From Gammaproteobacteria bacterium (lineage in GTDB: Bacteria; Pseudomonadota; Gammaproteobacteria; CBDBNL01; JAAOII01): a stretch of 64,000 bases of DNA. The position numbers were made by a program, and so were the translations under genes. The DNA lies in the NCBI GenBank assembly GCA_965209035.1, contig OZ242372.1:1536001-1600000 (forward strand), in the 5' to 3' direction. Under the pieces are notes generated by a model. That model saw nothing but the letters and a program-made list of their open reading frames with translations. It did no database searches and was not told where the DNA came from. Below, piece by piece: positions 17,637 through 27,960 of this stretch. Position 1 is the first letter of the stretch. Every line of letters starts with the position of its first letter.

Positions 17637-20512
17637 CCATTAATATTTTTTAATAATTGAGTTAGTTCTTCTTTGTTAATTCTTTTCTTGAATACCACTT
17701 CAACTGAATCATTTTGTTGGTTCACAGCCTCAAAAAATTTTGTGGCATACTCAATCTTTCTTTGCTCTTCATCTGGTATCCTGCTTTGACGATCGTATCC
17801 TTTGGTTTCGACAATTAAAAATAATTTCTTGCCCGAATCGCATCGAATATAATATGCAAAATCGGGACTATAAGATTTATAAGGTGTCGGGATGCTTATT
17901 TTTGGCAACTTTGCAAATACTACAATTTTTTTATTACCAATTTTCAGTGGCTCTGTCTTGGCAACTTCTTTTTCTATACTAGAATCATAGACGATCTTAT
18001 CATAAAGATAATTTTCTGCCGGATATTCGGTTTGCTGAGTTACGTATCTGCCAATTTGATGTGCATCTATTTTCTTTTTGCAAATTTTGTATTCTTCATC
18101 TTGATAAAAGATGTTTCTTGCGTTTATGAAAACTTCATTCTCAAAAGCATAACTAATGCTCTGAACAACTACCTTATGAATTTCATCCTTGAAAATTGTT
18201 GTTAACAACTGTTGTGCTCGGGTCGGGTCTTTTTTTATTTTTTCTTCGGATAACATATTAAACATTTCACAACAAAATCGTATTGGTAGATTTTCTCTTT
18301 TGGCAAAGTTACCAATAAAATTTTTGTAACTACTTCTTGTAAAAAAACGGGCATACCCGGTTGGGTTTTCTTCTACGGTTTCAAATCTATTTTTATTATG
18401 ATTATAGACGTGTCGCTTTATTTTCTTTTCCACAGGATGAACATCTTCTCTTTCAAAAGAGCTTCTAACCGAACGAATTAAAGATTTTTCATCAATATTG
18501 TGATACCGAATACGTGCTTTGCGAGTAATGGTTTCCCACAAACTTTCAAATTCTTTAAATTTTTCTTGTCTTATACCAACTTGATTTACTATTCTATTGG
18601 CATTTATTACAGGGAGGTCAACTGCTCTTTTAAATTTTTGTATCAAAACTTCATACATTTCTTTGCCAAAGAGTTTTTGCAAACGTTCTCCTTGTTCTTG
18701 TAAAAAGTCATAGATTGAATCGTTAATCTTCCATATTCCGTCTGCATTGCTGATAGGAGAAATAACATTGGCATCTTCTAAATAGACTATCAAACGACCT
18801 ATGTGAGATTCAGTTAATCCAATTGCTTTCAACATATTCCGGGTTAACTTTTGGTAGGTAATACTATTCCCAACAATCTCATTTTGTATTTCTTCCACAA
18901 AATTTTCTTCTTGACCGGACACAATGATATCTAACATATTGATGTTGTAAAAATTACTTTCATTATTTTCGCAATATCCAATAGTTTGTCGTTTACCTTC
19001 TTGATCGACTGCCAATCGTAATCCTCTGCCCACCTGTTGGCGGCGTGATGTTTCTTGATCGGTTGATGCCAGTTTACATATCGTAAAGATGTTAGGGTTA
19101 TCCCATCCTTCTTGTAAGGCCCAAACTGAAAAAATGAATCTTAAGGGTTCTTTCGTAGATAATAGTTTTTCCTTTTCATTCAAAATTAGATCAACTCCTT
19201 CGGATTCTTTTGTCTCTCTTGAACCCTTGTCACCTGAAAAATATCCTTCGTGAACTCGTAATTGATTATTATCGTTATAGTCTTTTTGTAAATAGTCACG
19301 ATAGGTAGAACTTAATTTTTTCTTTAAAACAACTTTTCTCTGTCTCTTATATTCTTCTTCAAAAATATTTTTGATGCGCGGATTCCCTCCTCTATAATCG
19401 GATATGTTTGGGATGAAAAAAAGAGACAGCGTTTTTATACCTTTCTTAAATAAAATTTCCTCTTTGTTGAAATGAATTTCTATGGCTTGTTTTACCATAG
19501 TATGAATAGACAAGTCATTTAATTGATAATCGTTGGAGCTTAAAGAACGCTTTGTTCCGTTACTTAAAAATACTTCTCTTTTTTTCAAGCGAACAACATG
19601 GAAATCGTGCTCTTTTTTACCTGTGAACACCTCTATATTCTCTTTGCATCTTATATCTCTTACAAATTCTTCACCATCTTTAAAAAAATGAATACAAAGT
19701 GTATTGGGGTTTTTCCCCTTGTAAAATTTAATGCCGGTTTCTCTGTCTATTATTGTGGACACCTTGATTTTTTTTACCAGATAGTCACGAAATGCAGTGA
19801 TGCTATCTAACATATAAACAACATTTGATAACTTGAAATCATTATCAGTAGGGAAAGTTGCCCCAAATCTCAAACACAAAGACTTGGAAAAATAACACTC
19901 ATAAGTATTAACGAAACTGGCTCCTTTTAACAAATGTGGTTCGTCAATAAAAATTACCGGACTGAGTTCACCAATTGCAGATAACGGTGATTTTTGTTCA
20001 TAAAGTAAACTCTCATTTCTACGCCTAAGTTTTCTATCCGCTTCATTGTTTCCTGTTATAGAAGCACTTGTTAATATTAAGACTGAAAATTCTTGTTTAT
20101 TACGGATATAATCCAATACCTGATTTAATCCACTCTTATCACCATAAATGTGCTTTTTGATGCGTACATGGTATTCATGAAAAAAGTAATCGGATGTTAA
20201 ATCAATGTTTTGAAGGATGCAACTCTTAATAGCAAGGCGTGGAACAAAAACAACAAACTTATTGATGCCGTAATTTTTATTCATTTCATACATAGTTTTT
20301 AGGTAAGTAAAGGTTTTACCTGTTCCTGTTTCCATTAGAACATCTAATCGAGATTTTGTACTTAAATGGCTTTCTGGAATATTTTCTTTTTGTTGTAATT
20401 CTTTGATGCTTTCTTTAAGAGATGAAAAATCTCTCAAATTATCCGTAGATTCAAGGATTTTCATAATATTGTTTACACAATCCTCTTGGTATTTTTGCTT
20501 TTCAAATAACAT
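17630..20512 (-). CDS. res: Type III restriction endonuclease (Res)
   Basis: METGTGKT, IDEPH, WALQEGWDNPN, QQVGRGLRL, C-terminal PDF..VETKG nuclease motif. Confidence 0.93.
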   Translation of the reverse strand: MLFEKQKYQEDCVNNIMKILESTDNLRDFSSLKESIKELQQKENIPESHLSTKSRLDVLMETGTGKTFTYLKTMYEMNKNYGINKFVVFVPRLAIKSCILQNIDLTSDYFFHEYHVRIKKHIYGDKSGLNQVLDYIRNKQEFSVLILTSASITGNNEADRKLRRRNESLLYEQKSPLSAIGELSPVIFIDEPHLLKGASFVNTYECYFSKSLCLRFGATFPTDNDFKLSNVVYMLDSITAFRDYLVKKIKVSTIIDRETGIKFYKGKNPNTLCIHFFKDGEEFVRDIRCKENIEVFTGKKEHDFHVVRLKKREVFLSNGTKRSLSSNDYQLNDLSIHTMVKQAIEIHFNKEEILFKKGIKTLSLFFIPNISDYRGGNPRIKNIFEEEYKRQRKVVLKKKLSSTYRDYLQKDYNDNNQLRVHEGYFSGDKGSRETKESEGVDLILNEKEKLLSTKEPLRFIFSVWALQEGWDNPNIFTICKLASTDQETSRRQQVGRGLRLAVDQEGKRQTIGYCENNESNFYNINMLDIIVSGQEENFVEEIQNEIVGNSITYQKLTRNMLKAIGLTESHIGRLIVYLEDANVISPISNADGIWKINDSIYDFLQEQGERLQKLFGKEMYEVLIQKFKRAVDLPVINANRIVNQVGIRQEKFKEFESLWETITRKARIRYHNIDEKSLIRSVRSSFEREDVHPVEKKIKRHVYNHNKNRFETVEENPTGYARFFTRSSYKNFIGNFAKRENLPIRFCCEMFNMLSEEKIKKDPTRAQQLLTTIFKDEIHKVVVQSISYAFENEVFINARNIFYQDEEYKICKKKIDAHQIGRYVTQQTEYPAENYLYDKIVYDSSIEKEVAKTEPLKIGNKKIVVFAKLPKISIPTPYKSYSPDFAYYIRCDSGKKLFLIVETKGYDRQSRIPDEEQRKIEYATKFFEAVNQQNDSVEVVFKKRINKEELTQLLKNINGC

Positions 20513-20535
20513 TGTTTTCTATTTTATAGTGCGCG

Positions 20536-20687
20536 AATTCAAACCACTAACGCAACACCTTTTGTTATATTGTATCCCTTGCCGCCAATTAATAAACCCG
20601 GAAAATCTTTTTGATTCCCGGTTGGCAAAAATTCCCGGCAAGGTTATGCCGGCACAAACTGAAGAATCTTCAAAAGATTCGGCATCT
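20536..20687 (+). repeat. Direct repeat copy 1 flanking orphan MTase
   Basis: aattcaaaccactaacg ... 40-bp identical core ggttatgccggcacaaactgaagaatcttcaaaagattcg (20642-20681 = 22254-22293). Confidence 0.9.
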
Positions 20688-20760
20688 CATTAATTTCACG
20701 GGAATGCTCTCTAACGACTTTGCACGCAAATACAAAACATACCCGGCAGGGTGGGTTCAT

Positions 20761-20909
20761 ATTAAAAGTATCCCGGCGTTCAAAACCAAACTCGTTGACC
20801 GGCCGGTTTGGTATAATTTCGAAAGTTCCCATCATGAGGCTCACAAACAACTCTCGTCGATCCAATTCGGACAACAACAGAAAAATACAAAACCGGTTGG
20901 GATGATACA
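20761..20909 (+). pseudogene. Decayed 3' end and right IR of the IS481-like element type seen at 48534-49837
   Basis: Translates IPAFKTKLVDRPVWYNFESSH..KQLSSIQF vs transposase MPAFNAKLIEWLAWYNLERPH..KQLSPIQF; ends gttgggatgataca vs gggtgggatcataca. Confidence 0.8.
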
Positions 20910-20955
20910 CAGAGATATTAAAACAATTTGAGACCTCTGTTAAGAAGCATATCAA

Positions 20956-22149
20956 ATGAAAAACATCCGGGTAGAAATTAAAGGTCAGGTCTTTACACCG
21001 GCAGAAATTGTGTTGCGTATGATTTCTTTAAGAAAGAACAAAGGCAATGTCCTGGAACCGAGTGCGGGAGACGGCGCTTTTTCAAGACATTTTAAGAAGG
21101 ATGTTGTAGTGTCTGTTGAAAAAGAGAAGGCGGTCATTAAAGATAAGGGAACATTAAATATGGACTTTTTTGATTTCCCAACAAAAGAAAAGTTTGATAC
21201 TATTATCGGGAATCCTCCGTATGTCAAACACAATAATATTGAAGGTGACACCTTGCGGAAATTGGATTATACTTTTTTTGACAAAAGAACCAACTTGTAT
21301 TTATTTTTCATTGAAAAATGCTTAAGACATTTGAGAAAAAAAGGGGAAATGATTTTGATTGTTCCAAGAGAATTTATTAACTTAACAAGCGCTAAAAAAT
21401 TGAATGAATTATTATGTGCAAAAGGAACAATCACCGATTATATCGACCTGGGGGATCAAAAAATATTCGCCGACGCATGTCCCAATGTGGCAATTTTTAG
21501 ATTTCAAAAAGATTGTTTTGACAGGAAAACAAACAGGAGTCTCACTTTTAATTGTATCAACGGCAAGATTTTATTTACAGGCTGCGAGAACAAGATGACT
21601 CTGGGCGAACTCTTTGATGTGAAGGTTGGGGCGGTGAGCGGTGCGGATAGTATTTTTACCGATGATAGCGGTAACGCTTCTTTTGTTTGTTCATATACGG
21701 CAAAAACCGGGAAAACCAAGAGAATGTTTTTTAATGTTAAGCATAGAAAACTTTCCTCCCACAAAGAAGCATTACTCAAAAGAAAAATTAAGAAGTTTGA
21801 TGAGAAAAACTGGTATATGTGGGGCAGAAATCATTTTATTTCCAATGAACCGAGAATATATGTAAATTGCAAGACACGCAATAAAACTCCTTTTTTTACA
21901 CACAGATCCGAATACTATGACGGCTCGGTTCTGGCTTTGTTCCCCAAAAGAGAGATGAACATAAAGAGATATATTGATATCCTTAATAAGGTTGATTGGG
22001 AAAAACAAGGGTTTGTTTGTAATGGCAGATATCTGTTTACACAAAGAAGTTTGACAAATGCTCTTATAAAAAGATCGCATGTGGGACCTGATGCCGGATT
22101 GTTCACGCAAAGAAGCTTAACAAATACTCTGTTCAATTCAAACCACTAA
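20956..22149 (+). CDS. Orphan N6-adenine DNA methyltransferase (gamma class, TaqI/Eco57I-like)
   Basis: GQVFTP, LEPSAGDGAF (motif I), IIGNPPY (motif IV), NLYLFFIEK. Confidence 0.88.
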   Translation: MKNIRVEIKGQVFTPAEIVLRMISLRKNKGNVLEPSAGDGAFSRHFKKDVVVSVEKEKAVIKDKGTLNMDFFDFPTKEKFDTIIGNPPYVKHNNIEGDTLRKLDYTFFDKRTNLYLFFIEKCLRHLRKKGEMILIVPREFINLTSAKKLNELLCAKGTITDYIDLGDQKIFADACPNVAIFRFQKDCFDRKTNRSLTFNCINGKILFTGCENKMTLGELFDVKVGAVSGADSIFTDDSGNASFVCSYTAKTGKTKRMFFNVKHRKLSSHKEALLKRKIKKFDEKNWYMWGRNHFISNEPRIYVNCKTRNKTPFFTHRSEYYDGSVLALFPKREMNIKRYIDILNKVDWEKQGFVCNGRYLFTQRSLTNALIKRSHVGPDAGLFTQRSLTNTLFNSNH

Positions 22150-22299
22150 CGTAATACTTTTCGCAACACCTTTTGCGATACTGCATTCCCAGCCGTTAAG
22201 TATTAACTCCCGGCAGATATTTTTGATTCCCGGTTGGCAAAAATTTCCGGCGGGGTTATGCCGGCACAAACTGAAGAATCTTCAAAAGATTCGACATCT
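22135..22299 (+). repeat. Direct repeat copy 2; supplies last codons and stop of the MTase
   Basis: Matches 20536-20687; aattcaaaccactaa encodes NSNH*. Confidence 0.9.
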
Positions 22300-22431
22300 T
22301 CTTATGCTTAGCATTTACTTGGCATTTTGAAAAAAACCCAAACAGAGACTCTGCCGCAGCTTGGGGGAATTTGTCCCGATTGTTTTTTCTAATTTCCGCG
22401 ACTATGGAACAATCCGACTACCGAACTGCCG

Positions 22432-23229
22432 TTACTTGATTTTCTTTTTGGGTTTTGAGCGCACTTTTTTTGTGCTTTTTTCTTCTTTCCCTTTTTTTAT
22501 TCTGGAGCGGACATAATGCCAAAGTTTGTTCGTGCTAGTCCCTCTGTCTAAGAAAATTGCTGTGATCCCAAATAACAGTAAGGCCATTGCAATTACTACG
22601 ACCAAAAGAATAATTGGATAAGCGAATCCTTGTCCCATGAATTTTTCAAGCGGTTTAAAGGAACTGTTGAGAGGACCCGGCGACTCTATCAAAAAGAGAG
22701 AAATGCCGAATATAATCAATGCTATAAAAATACCAATGAAAATAACAAAGTCTGAGTCTTTTAGAAAATCATGCTTTATCAATCGATCGCCGATCTTCGA
22801 GAACAATTTTCTTAATGAGAAGAACCCTACGCTCACCGCAAGACCTATGAAGACAGCCTCAAATAATAATCGCCGAATGCTGATATGACTAATATTATCC
22901 TTGTCTAATCGATCGGTTTCGCCCAGCCAATAATAGATGACTAACCCGGCTGCCACACCGCATGCAAGATGGAAAAATCGCTTTTCGGTATTGATGTACT
23001 TGTAGACACTTTTAAAATTTGTGAAACCGACGCTTATGAAAAAAGTAATCACTACTGTAAAGAGTATGGTAATGGTGATATAGTTTTTAGAGCCGATGTC
23101 TCCGAATAGTTTATCCAAAGACACATTAGAGATAGTAACGAACAAACCCGTAAAGGCGGTAACGACCAACAGTCCATGGCGCATCAAATTCAGCCATGCG
23201 GATGCTCGGTTTTTCTTTATCGGTGCCAT
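22432..23229 (-). CDS. Hypothetical multi-pass membrane protein
   Basis: 265 aa, ~6 hydrophobic segments, basic C-tail. Confidence 0.7.
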   Translation of the reverse strand: MAPIKKNRASAWLNLMRHGLLVVTAFTGLFVTISNVSLDKLFGDIGSKNYITITILFTVVITFFISVGFTNFKSVYKYINTEKRFFHLACGVAAGLVIYYWLGETDRLDKDNISHISIRRLLFEAVFIGLAVSVGFFSLRKLFSKIGDRLIKHDFLKDSDFVIFIGIFIALIIFGISLFLIESPGPLNSSFKPLEKFMGQGFAYPIILLVVVIAMALLLFGITAIFLDRGTSTNKLWHYVRSRIKKGKEEKSTKKVRSKPKKKIK

Positions 23230-23522
23230 TACAGAGGGTATTAGTATTGAATGCGAATGATTATTTTATCCGGTTGTAAGTTTCATAATGCAAAGCACAC
23301 CCTAACTGCCGGCAATCGTCAAGATTTCCGAGGGCATAACTCAAAGAAGAAAGTAATTCAATCATTGTTTTTTATTGATTTTTATTATACTGTCAAACTA
23401 AAAAATACGGTCGCTTTTTTGCGAAATTTTTATAAAGAGCAACTCCCTCATTAAAGCACCGGGTGCGAAGAGAACAGCACAGCAGCCGAACGAAAATATT
23501 CAAACAGCCGTTCACTAACATC

Positions 23523-23613
23523 CGGCATCTCATTAATTTCACGGGGTAATGAGGATGCTCCCCAACACTTGGCACGCAAATGCAAAACATACCGGGCAGG
23601 GTGAGTTCATACA
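23523..23613 (+). repeat. Dispersed repeat matching 20680-20761
   Basis: cggcatctcattaatttcacggg..gcacgcaaat(a/g)caaaacatacc(c/g)ggcagggtg(g/a)gttcata. Confidence 0.85.
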
Positions 23614-23753
23614 CTGTTTGCTTCTTTTTATATGGTTGTTTATAATGTTGATTATTGGCAGGTATTCGTTTGCACCCGATTGAATCGGAACCGATAAAGT
23701 ACCGCACCGGTTAATTGAATTTACAAAAACAAAATGGACGAGATAGCATTATT

Positions 23754-24380
23754 ATGAAGGAGTTATTTTCCACCCACTCGGATAAAATTAAGAGGGTGTT
23801 GCCTATTTTGTTTAAGATGGCCGATTTGGAATGCAGCAGAGGCGGTAAGTTGGGAATGGAAATTGGCAATATGCGCGAAAAAATTTTGATAGCCCTGTAT
23901 ATCCATGTGTTTGGCAAAGAATGCGTATCCTTACCGTCGACTACCAAACCGGAAACAGATATATATGTGAAAGACACACCGATTTCCATTAAAACAAAAA
24001 CAGGCCCCGGCTATTCGGGTGTCAAATTAAGTTGGACGGTAGACAGGATTAAGGCGGAAGAATTTTGTCGCACTTATTTTCCGACATCCAACATTTTGTT
24101 TGTTAGGATAGAACGGGGGAAGCCGGGCGATTTTTGCTATATTCCTTTGGAGGTGCAGTTGGATGTGTTAAAGGAAAAAGGAGTGAATGCTTATTTAAAG
24201 AAGCCCAAAGAAGGGACAAATCCGAGAGGTGTTGAAATCTCGGCTGCTTGCTTAAAATTCTTGAAAGAACATAAAAAAACACATTGTTTGGTGATTGATT
24301 GGACAAGTGATCGGATTCCGGGAGAAGAGGATCCCTTATATAAATATGAACATTGGTTGAAACTATGGCGCAATCTATAA
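23754..24380 (+). CDS. Type II restriction endonuclease, ThaI-like
   Basis: LP.LF.MA.LE.SRGGKLGMEIGNMREKILIAL, ETDIYV..PISIKT (PD-D/ExK-like), PK.GTNPRGVE; overlaps an MTase. Confidence 0.75.
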   Translation: MKELFSTHSDKIKRVLPILFKMADLECSRGGKLGMEIGNMREKILIALYIHVFGKECVSLPSTTKPETDIYVKDTPISIKTKTGPGYSGVKLSWTVDRIKAEEFCRTYFPTSNILFVRIERGKPGDFCYIPLEVQLDVLKEKGVNAYLKKPKEGTNPRGVEISAACLKFLKEHKKTHCLVIDWTSDRIPGEEDPLYKYEHWLKLWRNL

Positions 24381-25384
24381 AAACGAAGACAAGCAGTTTT
24401 GGCACTGTGAGTCGGCGCGGGCATGACTCCAAACCGTTTTACGCGAAACGCCTTTACGCCGAGTTGCCCAAGGCAAAGCAGCCTGATGCTTCCGATCCTT
24501 CCGGTGCTTCATTATTGGAAAAGACCAAGAAAAATATAAAGAGCACACGGAAAACAGTCGGAGGTAAGAGTCGGCAGCCGGCAAGTTCTGTTAAAAAAAC
24601 ACAACAGCTTCCCCAACCGCAGGATGTCGGTCGCATAGAAAAGGGGGCTCTTTATTGCCGGGACAGCCGCGATATGCGCGAGTTGGCGGATGAATCTGTG
24701 GGGCTGATGATTACCTCGCCGCCGTATAACGTCGGCAAGGAATATGATGAAGATCTGTCGCTGGGCGAATATACGAAACTGCTGCGGGATGTTTTTGGAG
24801 AAACTTGGCGTGTGCTGGAAGTGGGCGGGCGTGCGTGCATTAATATTGCCAACATCGGTCGCAAGCCCTATATTCCGTTGCATGCGATGATTATTGAAAT
24901 GATGCGGGATCTGGGTTATGTGATGCGCGGTGAGATCATCTGGGACAAGGACGCCAGTGCCGGCTCGTCCTGTGCTTGGGGCAGTTGGCGTTCCGCCGCC
25001 AATCCGGTTCTGCGGGATCTGCACGAGTACATTCTTGTTTACAGCAAAGAAGACCTTGCCCGTGCCCATTCGGGCGAATCTACGATTGGTAAGGAGGATT
25101 TTTTAATGGCAACCAGAAGTGTTTGGCGTTTTCCGGCGGCAAGTGCCAGGCGTCTCGGGCATCCCGCCCCTTTCCCGGAGGAGTTGCCGCGGCGCTTGAT
25201 AGAATTGTATAGTTTTAAGGATGACTTGGTGTTGGACCCTTTTGTCGGCAGCGGCACGACTTGTCTGGCGGCGGCGCGCGGCGACAGGCGATATGTCGGT
25301 TATGATGTTTCCGCGGAATATATTTCTTTGGCACAGAAAAGGCTGGACGAATGGGGCGAACAAGCCGAAATTGGGTTATACTAA
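24365..25384 (+). CDS. N4-cytosine/N6-adenine DNA methyltransferase (beta class)
   Basis: ITSPPYNVG, HPAPFPEELP.RLI, VLDPFVGSGTT. Confidence 0.92.
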   Translation: MAQSIKTKTSSFGTVSRRGHDSKPFYAKRLYAELPKAKQPDASDPSGASLLEKTKKNIKSTRKTVGGKSRQPASSVKKTQQLPQPQDVGRIEKGALYCRDSRDMRELADESVGLMITSPPYNVGKEYDEDLSLGEYTKLLRDVFGETWRVLEVGGRACINIANIGRKPYIPLHAMIIEMMRDLGYVMRGEIIWDKDASAGSSCAWGSWRSAANPVLRDLHEYILVYSKEDLARAHSGESTIGKEDFLMATRSVWRFPAASARRLGHPAPFPEELPRRLIELYSFKDDLVLDPFVGSGTTCLAAARGDRRYVGYDVSAEYISLAQKRLDEWGEQAEIGLY

Positions 25385-25441
25385 ATAGCGGGAAGAGACC
25401 CTTTTCCCTTTTTTAATGAGACTTTAAAACAATAACCATTA

Positions 25442-26779
25442 GTGGAAATGCAAATGAAAACAAACGCACAAATGAACGAACAGACGGCTGAAACAGCCGA
25501 TTACAAAATAGCAAACCCGGAACTTGCCGAATGGGGACGCAAGGAAATTGGGTTGGCGGAAATAGAAATGCCCGGTTTGATGGCACTGCGGGCGGAATAT
25601 GGCAATACCGCTCCGCTGAGCGGGGCGCGGATTACCGGTTGTCTGCATATGACCGTGCAGACGGCGGTTTTGATAGAGACGCTGCAACATTTGGGGGCGG
25701 AGATCCGTTGGTCTTCTTGTAATATTTTTTCCACCCAGGACGAAGCGGCGGCGGCGGTGGCGGTTGCCGGGACTCCCGTTTTTGCCTGGAAAGGAGAGAG
25801 CGAGGAAGAATACGAATGGTGTATTCGCAAAACCCTTGAAGGGCCGGGTGGTTGGAAGCCGAATATGCTGTTGGACGACGGCGGTGATCTGACGCAAGTG
25901 GTGCATCGGGACTATCCGCACTTGCTTAAAGAAATTCGCGGTCTGTCGGAAGAGACGACAACGGGCGTACGCGTTCTTTGGGAGATGGAAAAGAAGGGCA
26001 CCTTGGGTGTGCCGGCGATGAATGTCAATGATTCTGTTACCAAGTCCAAGTTTGATAATCTTTACGGTTGTCGGGAATCTTTGATGGACGGGATTAAGCG
26101 CGCGACGGATCTGATGATTGCCGGCAAGCGGGCATTGGTGATCGGTTACGGTGATGTGGGCAAGGGTTGTGCCCAGTCTCTGCGCGGCCTGGGGGCAATC
26201 GTGCAGATTGCGGAAATAGATCCCATTTGTGCTTTGCAAGCGGCCATGGAAGGTTACCGTGTTGTGCGTTTGGAAGATGTTGTGGAAGACACGGATATCT
26301 TCATTACGGCCAGCGGTAATATGCGGGTGATTGCCGCGGAGCAGATTTTGCGTATGAAGAATCATGCTCTCATCGGTAACATTGGCCATTTTGATACGGA
26401 AATAGAAATCACCGAATTGCGCGCGTATCCTTGGGAGAACATTAAACCGCAGGTGGACAAGGTGTGCTTACCCAACGGCAAGAATGTTATTTTGCTTGCC
26501 GAAGGTCGGCTGCTCAATCTTTCCTGTGCGACCGGCCATTCCAGTTTTGTGATGTCCACTTCTTTTACCAATCAGGTCTTGGCACAAATAGAACTTTGGA
26601 AAAATCATACCAAGTATGAAAAGAAGGTTTATACGCTGCCGCGTCTCTTGGACGAGAAGGTTGCCCGGTTACATCTTGACAAGTTGGGGGTTGCTCTGAC
26701 AAAGTTGACCAAGGAGCAATCCGAGTATCTTGGCATCCCGATAGACGGTCCTTATAAGACGGACGACTATAGATATTAG
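25442..26779 (+). CDS. ahcY: S-adenosylhomocysteine hydrolase
   Basis: [52 protein letters not shown]. Confidence 0.98.
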   Translation: MEMQMKTNAQMNEQTAETADYKIANPELAEWGRKEIGLAEIEMPGLMALRAEYGNTAPLSGARITGCLHMTVQTAVLIETLQHLGAEIRWSSCNIFSTQDEAAAAVAVAGTPVFAWKGESEEEYEWCIRKTLEGPGGWKPNMLLDDGGDLTQVVHRDYPHLLKEIRGLSEETTTGVRVLWEMEKKGTLGVPAMNVNDSVTKSKFDNLYGCRESLMDGIKRATDLMIAGKRALVIGYGDVGKGCAQSLRGLGAIVQIAEIDPICALQAAMEGYRVVRLEDVVEDTDIFITASGNMRVIAAEQILRMKNHALIGNIGHFDTEIEITELRAYPWENIKPQVDKVCLPNGKNVILLAEGRLLNLSCATGHSSFVMSTSFTNQVLAQIELWKNHTKYEKKVYTLPRLLDEKVARLHLDKLGVALTKLTKEQSEYLGIPIDGPYKTDDYRY

Positions 26780-26814
26780 ATCTTAATCTCTAATCCTTAA
26801 TTCTCCCCGTTGGG

Positions 26815-27960
26815 ATGATCAAATCTGCGGAGGCTGCGGGCCTTTATTGTGTCGGCCATGCTTTGGTGGATTACGAGATCAAGGTAGAAGACCGCTATTT
26901 GGATCACCATAGTATTAAGAAGGGTCAAATGACCCTGGTGGACGAAGCGGCTTTTCGTTATCATCTTGAAAAAAATCTTTCCCATCTGGTTGTTGACCGG
27001 GCGGGCGGTGGCTCGGCGGTGAACAGTTTGGTGACCTATGTGAGGCTCGGCGGAACGGGCAGCCTGTGTTGCCAACTTGCGGCGGATGACGGCGGCGACT
27101 TTTTCAAACAAGAACTGGTTAACTTGGGTATTGCCGTTATCAATGGGCGGGATGAGCAAAATGGGCAGTCCGGACAAAATGGGCAAATCGGACAAAACGA
27201 ACCTGCGTCTCCCGTATCCGCAACCGCATCGGGCGCGCATCCCTCCGAACCTGCGTCTCCCGCCGGACCTACGGAAACTACAGGACCCACGGAACCCACA
27301 GGGCGATGCCTGGTGCTGATTACGCCGGATGCGGAACGCACTATGTTGACGCATCCGGGCATCAATCAAAGGTTAAACTCTCCGGCGAACTTGACAGATG
27401 CTCTTGCCACCGGTGCGCTTTTTTACGGGGAAAGTTACTTGGTTTCTGGCGACGCCCAATTTGAATGTTTGATGGAACATCTTCGGGCTTGTCGGGAATT
27501 GAAGATAAGAACCTCTGTGAGCATGTCCGATGTGAGTATGGTTGTCCACTTTCGGCAGCGGATGATCGCGGTTTTGGATTCCGATCCGGATATCCTTTTT
27601 GGCAATCGGGAGGAATTTGGCGAGTACACCGGCCAGAAGGATCCCGATAAGATGGCGGGCAAACTGGACGGCAAAGTGAACACTCTGGTGCTAACGGACG
27701 GGAAGCACGGCTCTTTTGTTTATCATGCGGGCAAGAAGATAAATGTGCCGGCATTGCGGACAGATGCCAAGGATACTCTGGGGGCGGGAGACGCCTATGC
27801 GGGTGCGTTCTTGTATGCAATGCAGGAACGAGGATGTGAGCCGGCCGCCGCCGCCGAGTTTGCCGCGGCCGCCGCCGGTCAAGTCGTTAGTCGTTTTGGT
27901 CCCAGGCTGAACATGACCGAATGCCAAGAATTAATATCTCAATTTTTTCCCTCATCTTAA
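26815..27960 (+). CDS. PfkB family kinase, probably adenosine kinase, with low-complexity insertion
   Basis: GHALVD, GGSAVNS, PDAERTM, DTLGAGDAYAGAFLY; adjacent to ahcY. Confidence 0.88.
   Translation: MIKSAEAAGLYCVGHALVDYEIKVEDRYLDHHSIKKGQMTLVDEAAFRYHLEKNLSHLVVDRAGGGSAVNSLVTYVRLGGTGSLCCQLAADDGGDFFKQELVNLGIAVINGRDEQNGQSGQNGQIGQNEPASPVSATASGAHPSEPASPAGPTETTGPTEPTGRCLVLITPDAERTMLTHPGINQRLNSPANLTDALATGALFYGESYLVSGDAQFECLMEHLRACRELKIRTSVSMSDVSMVVHFRQRMIAVLDSDPDILFGNREEFGEYTGQKDPDKMAGKLDGKVNTLVLTDGKHGSFVYHAGKKINVPALRTDAKDTLGAGDAYAGAFLYAMQERGCEPAAAAEFAAAAAGQVVSRFGPRLNMTECQELISQFFPSS

Noticed and set aside
23249-23270. Fur box upstream of the membrane gene
   Set aside because: Only about 10/14 match in AT-rich DNA and no iron-related context.
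20536-23613. Integron attC sites (CACTAAC..GTTATGC around R-M genes)
   Set aside because: No RYYYAAC match, no long palindromic stem, no integron integrase.
25439-26389. Long antisense ORFs (also 5121-5942, 6381-7307, 54267-55196 and those opposite the GLUG genes)
   Set aside because: Shadow frames of well-supported genes on the other strand.
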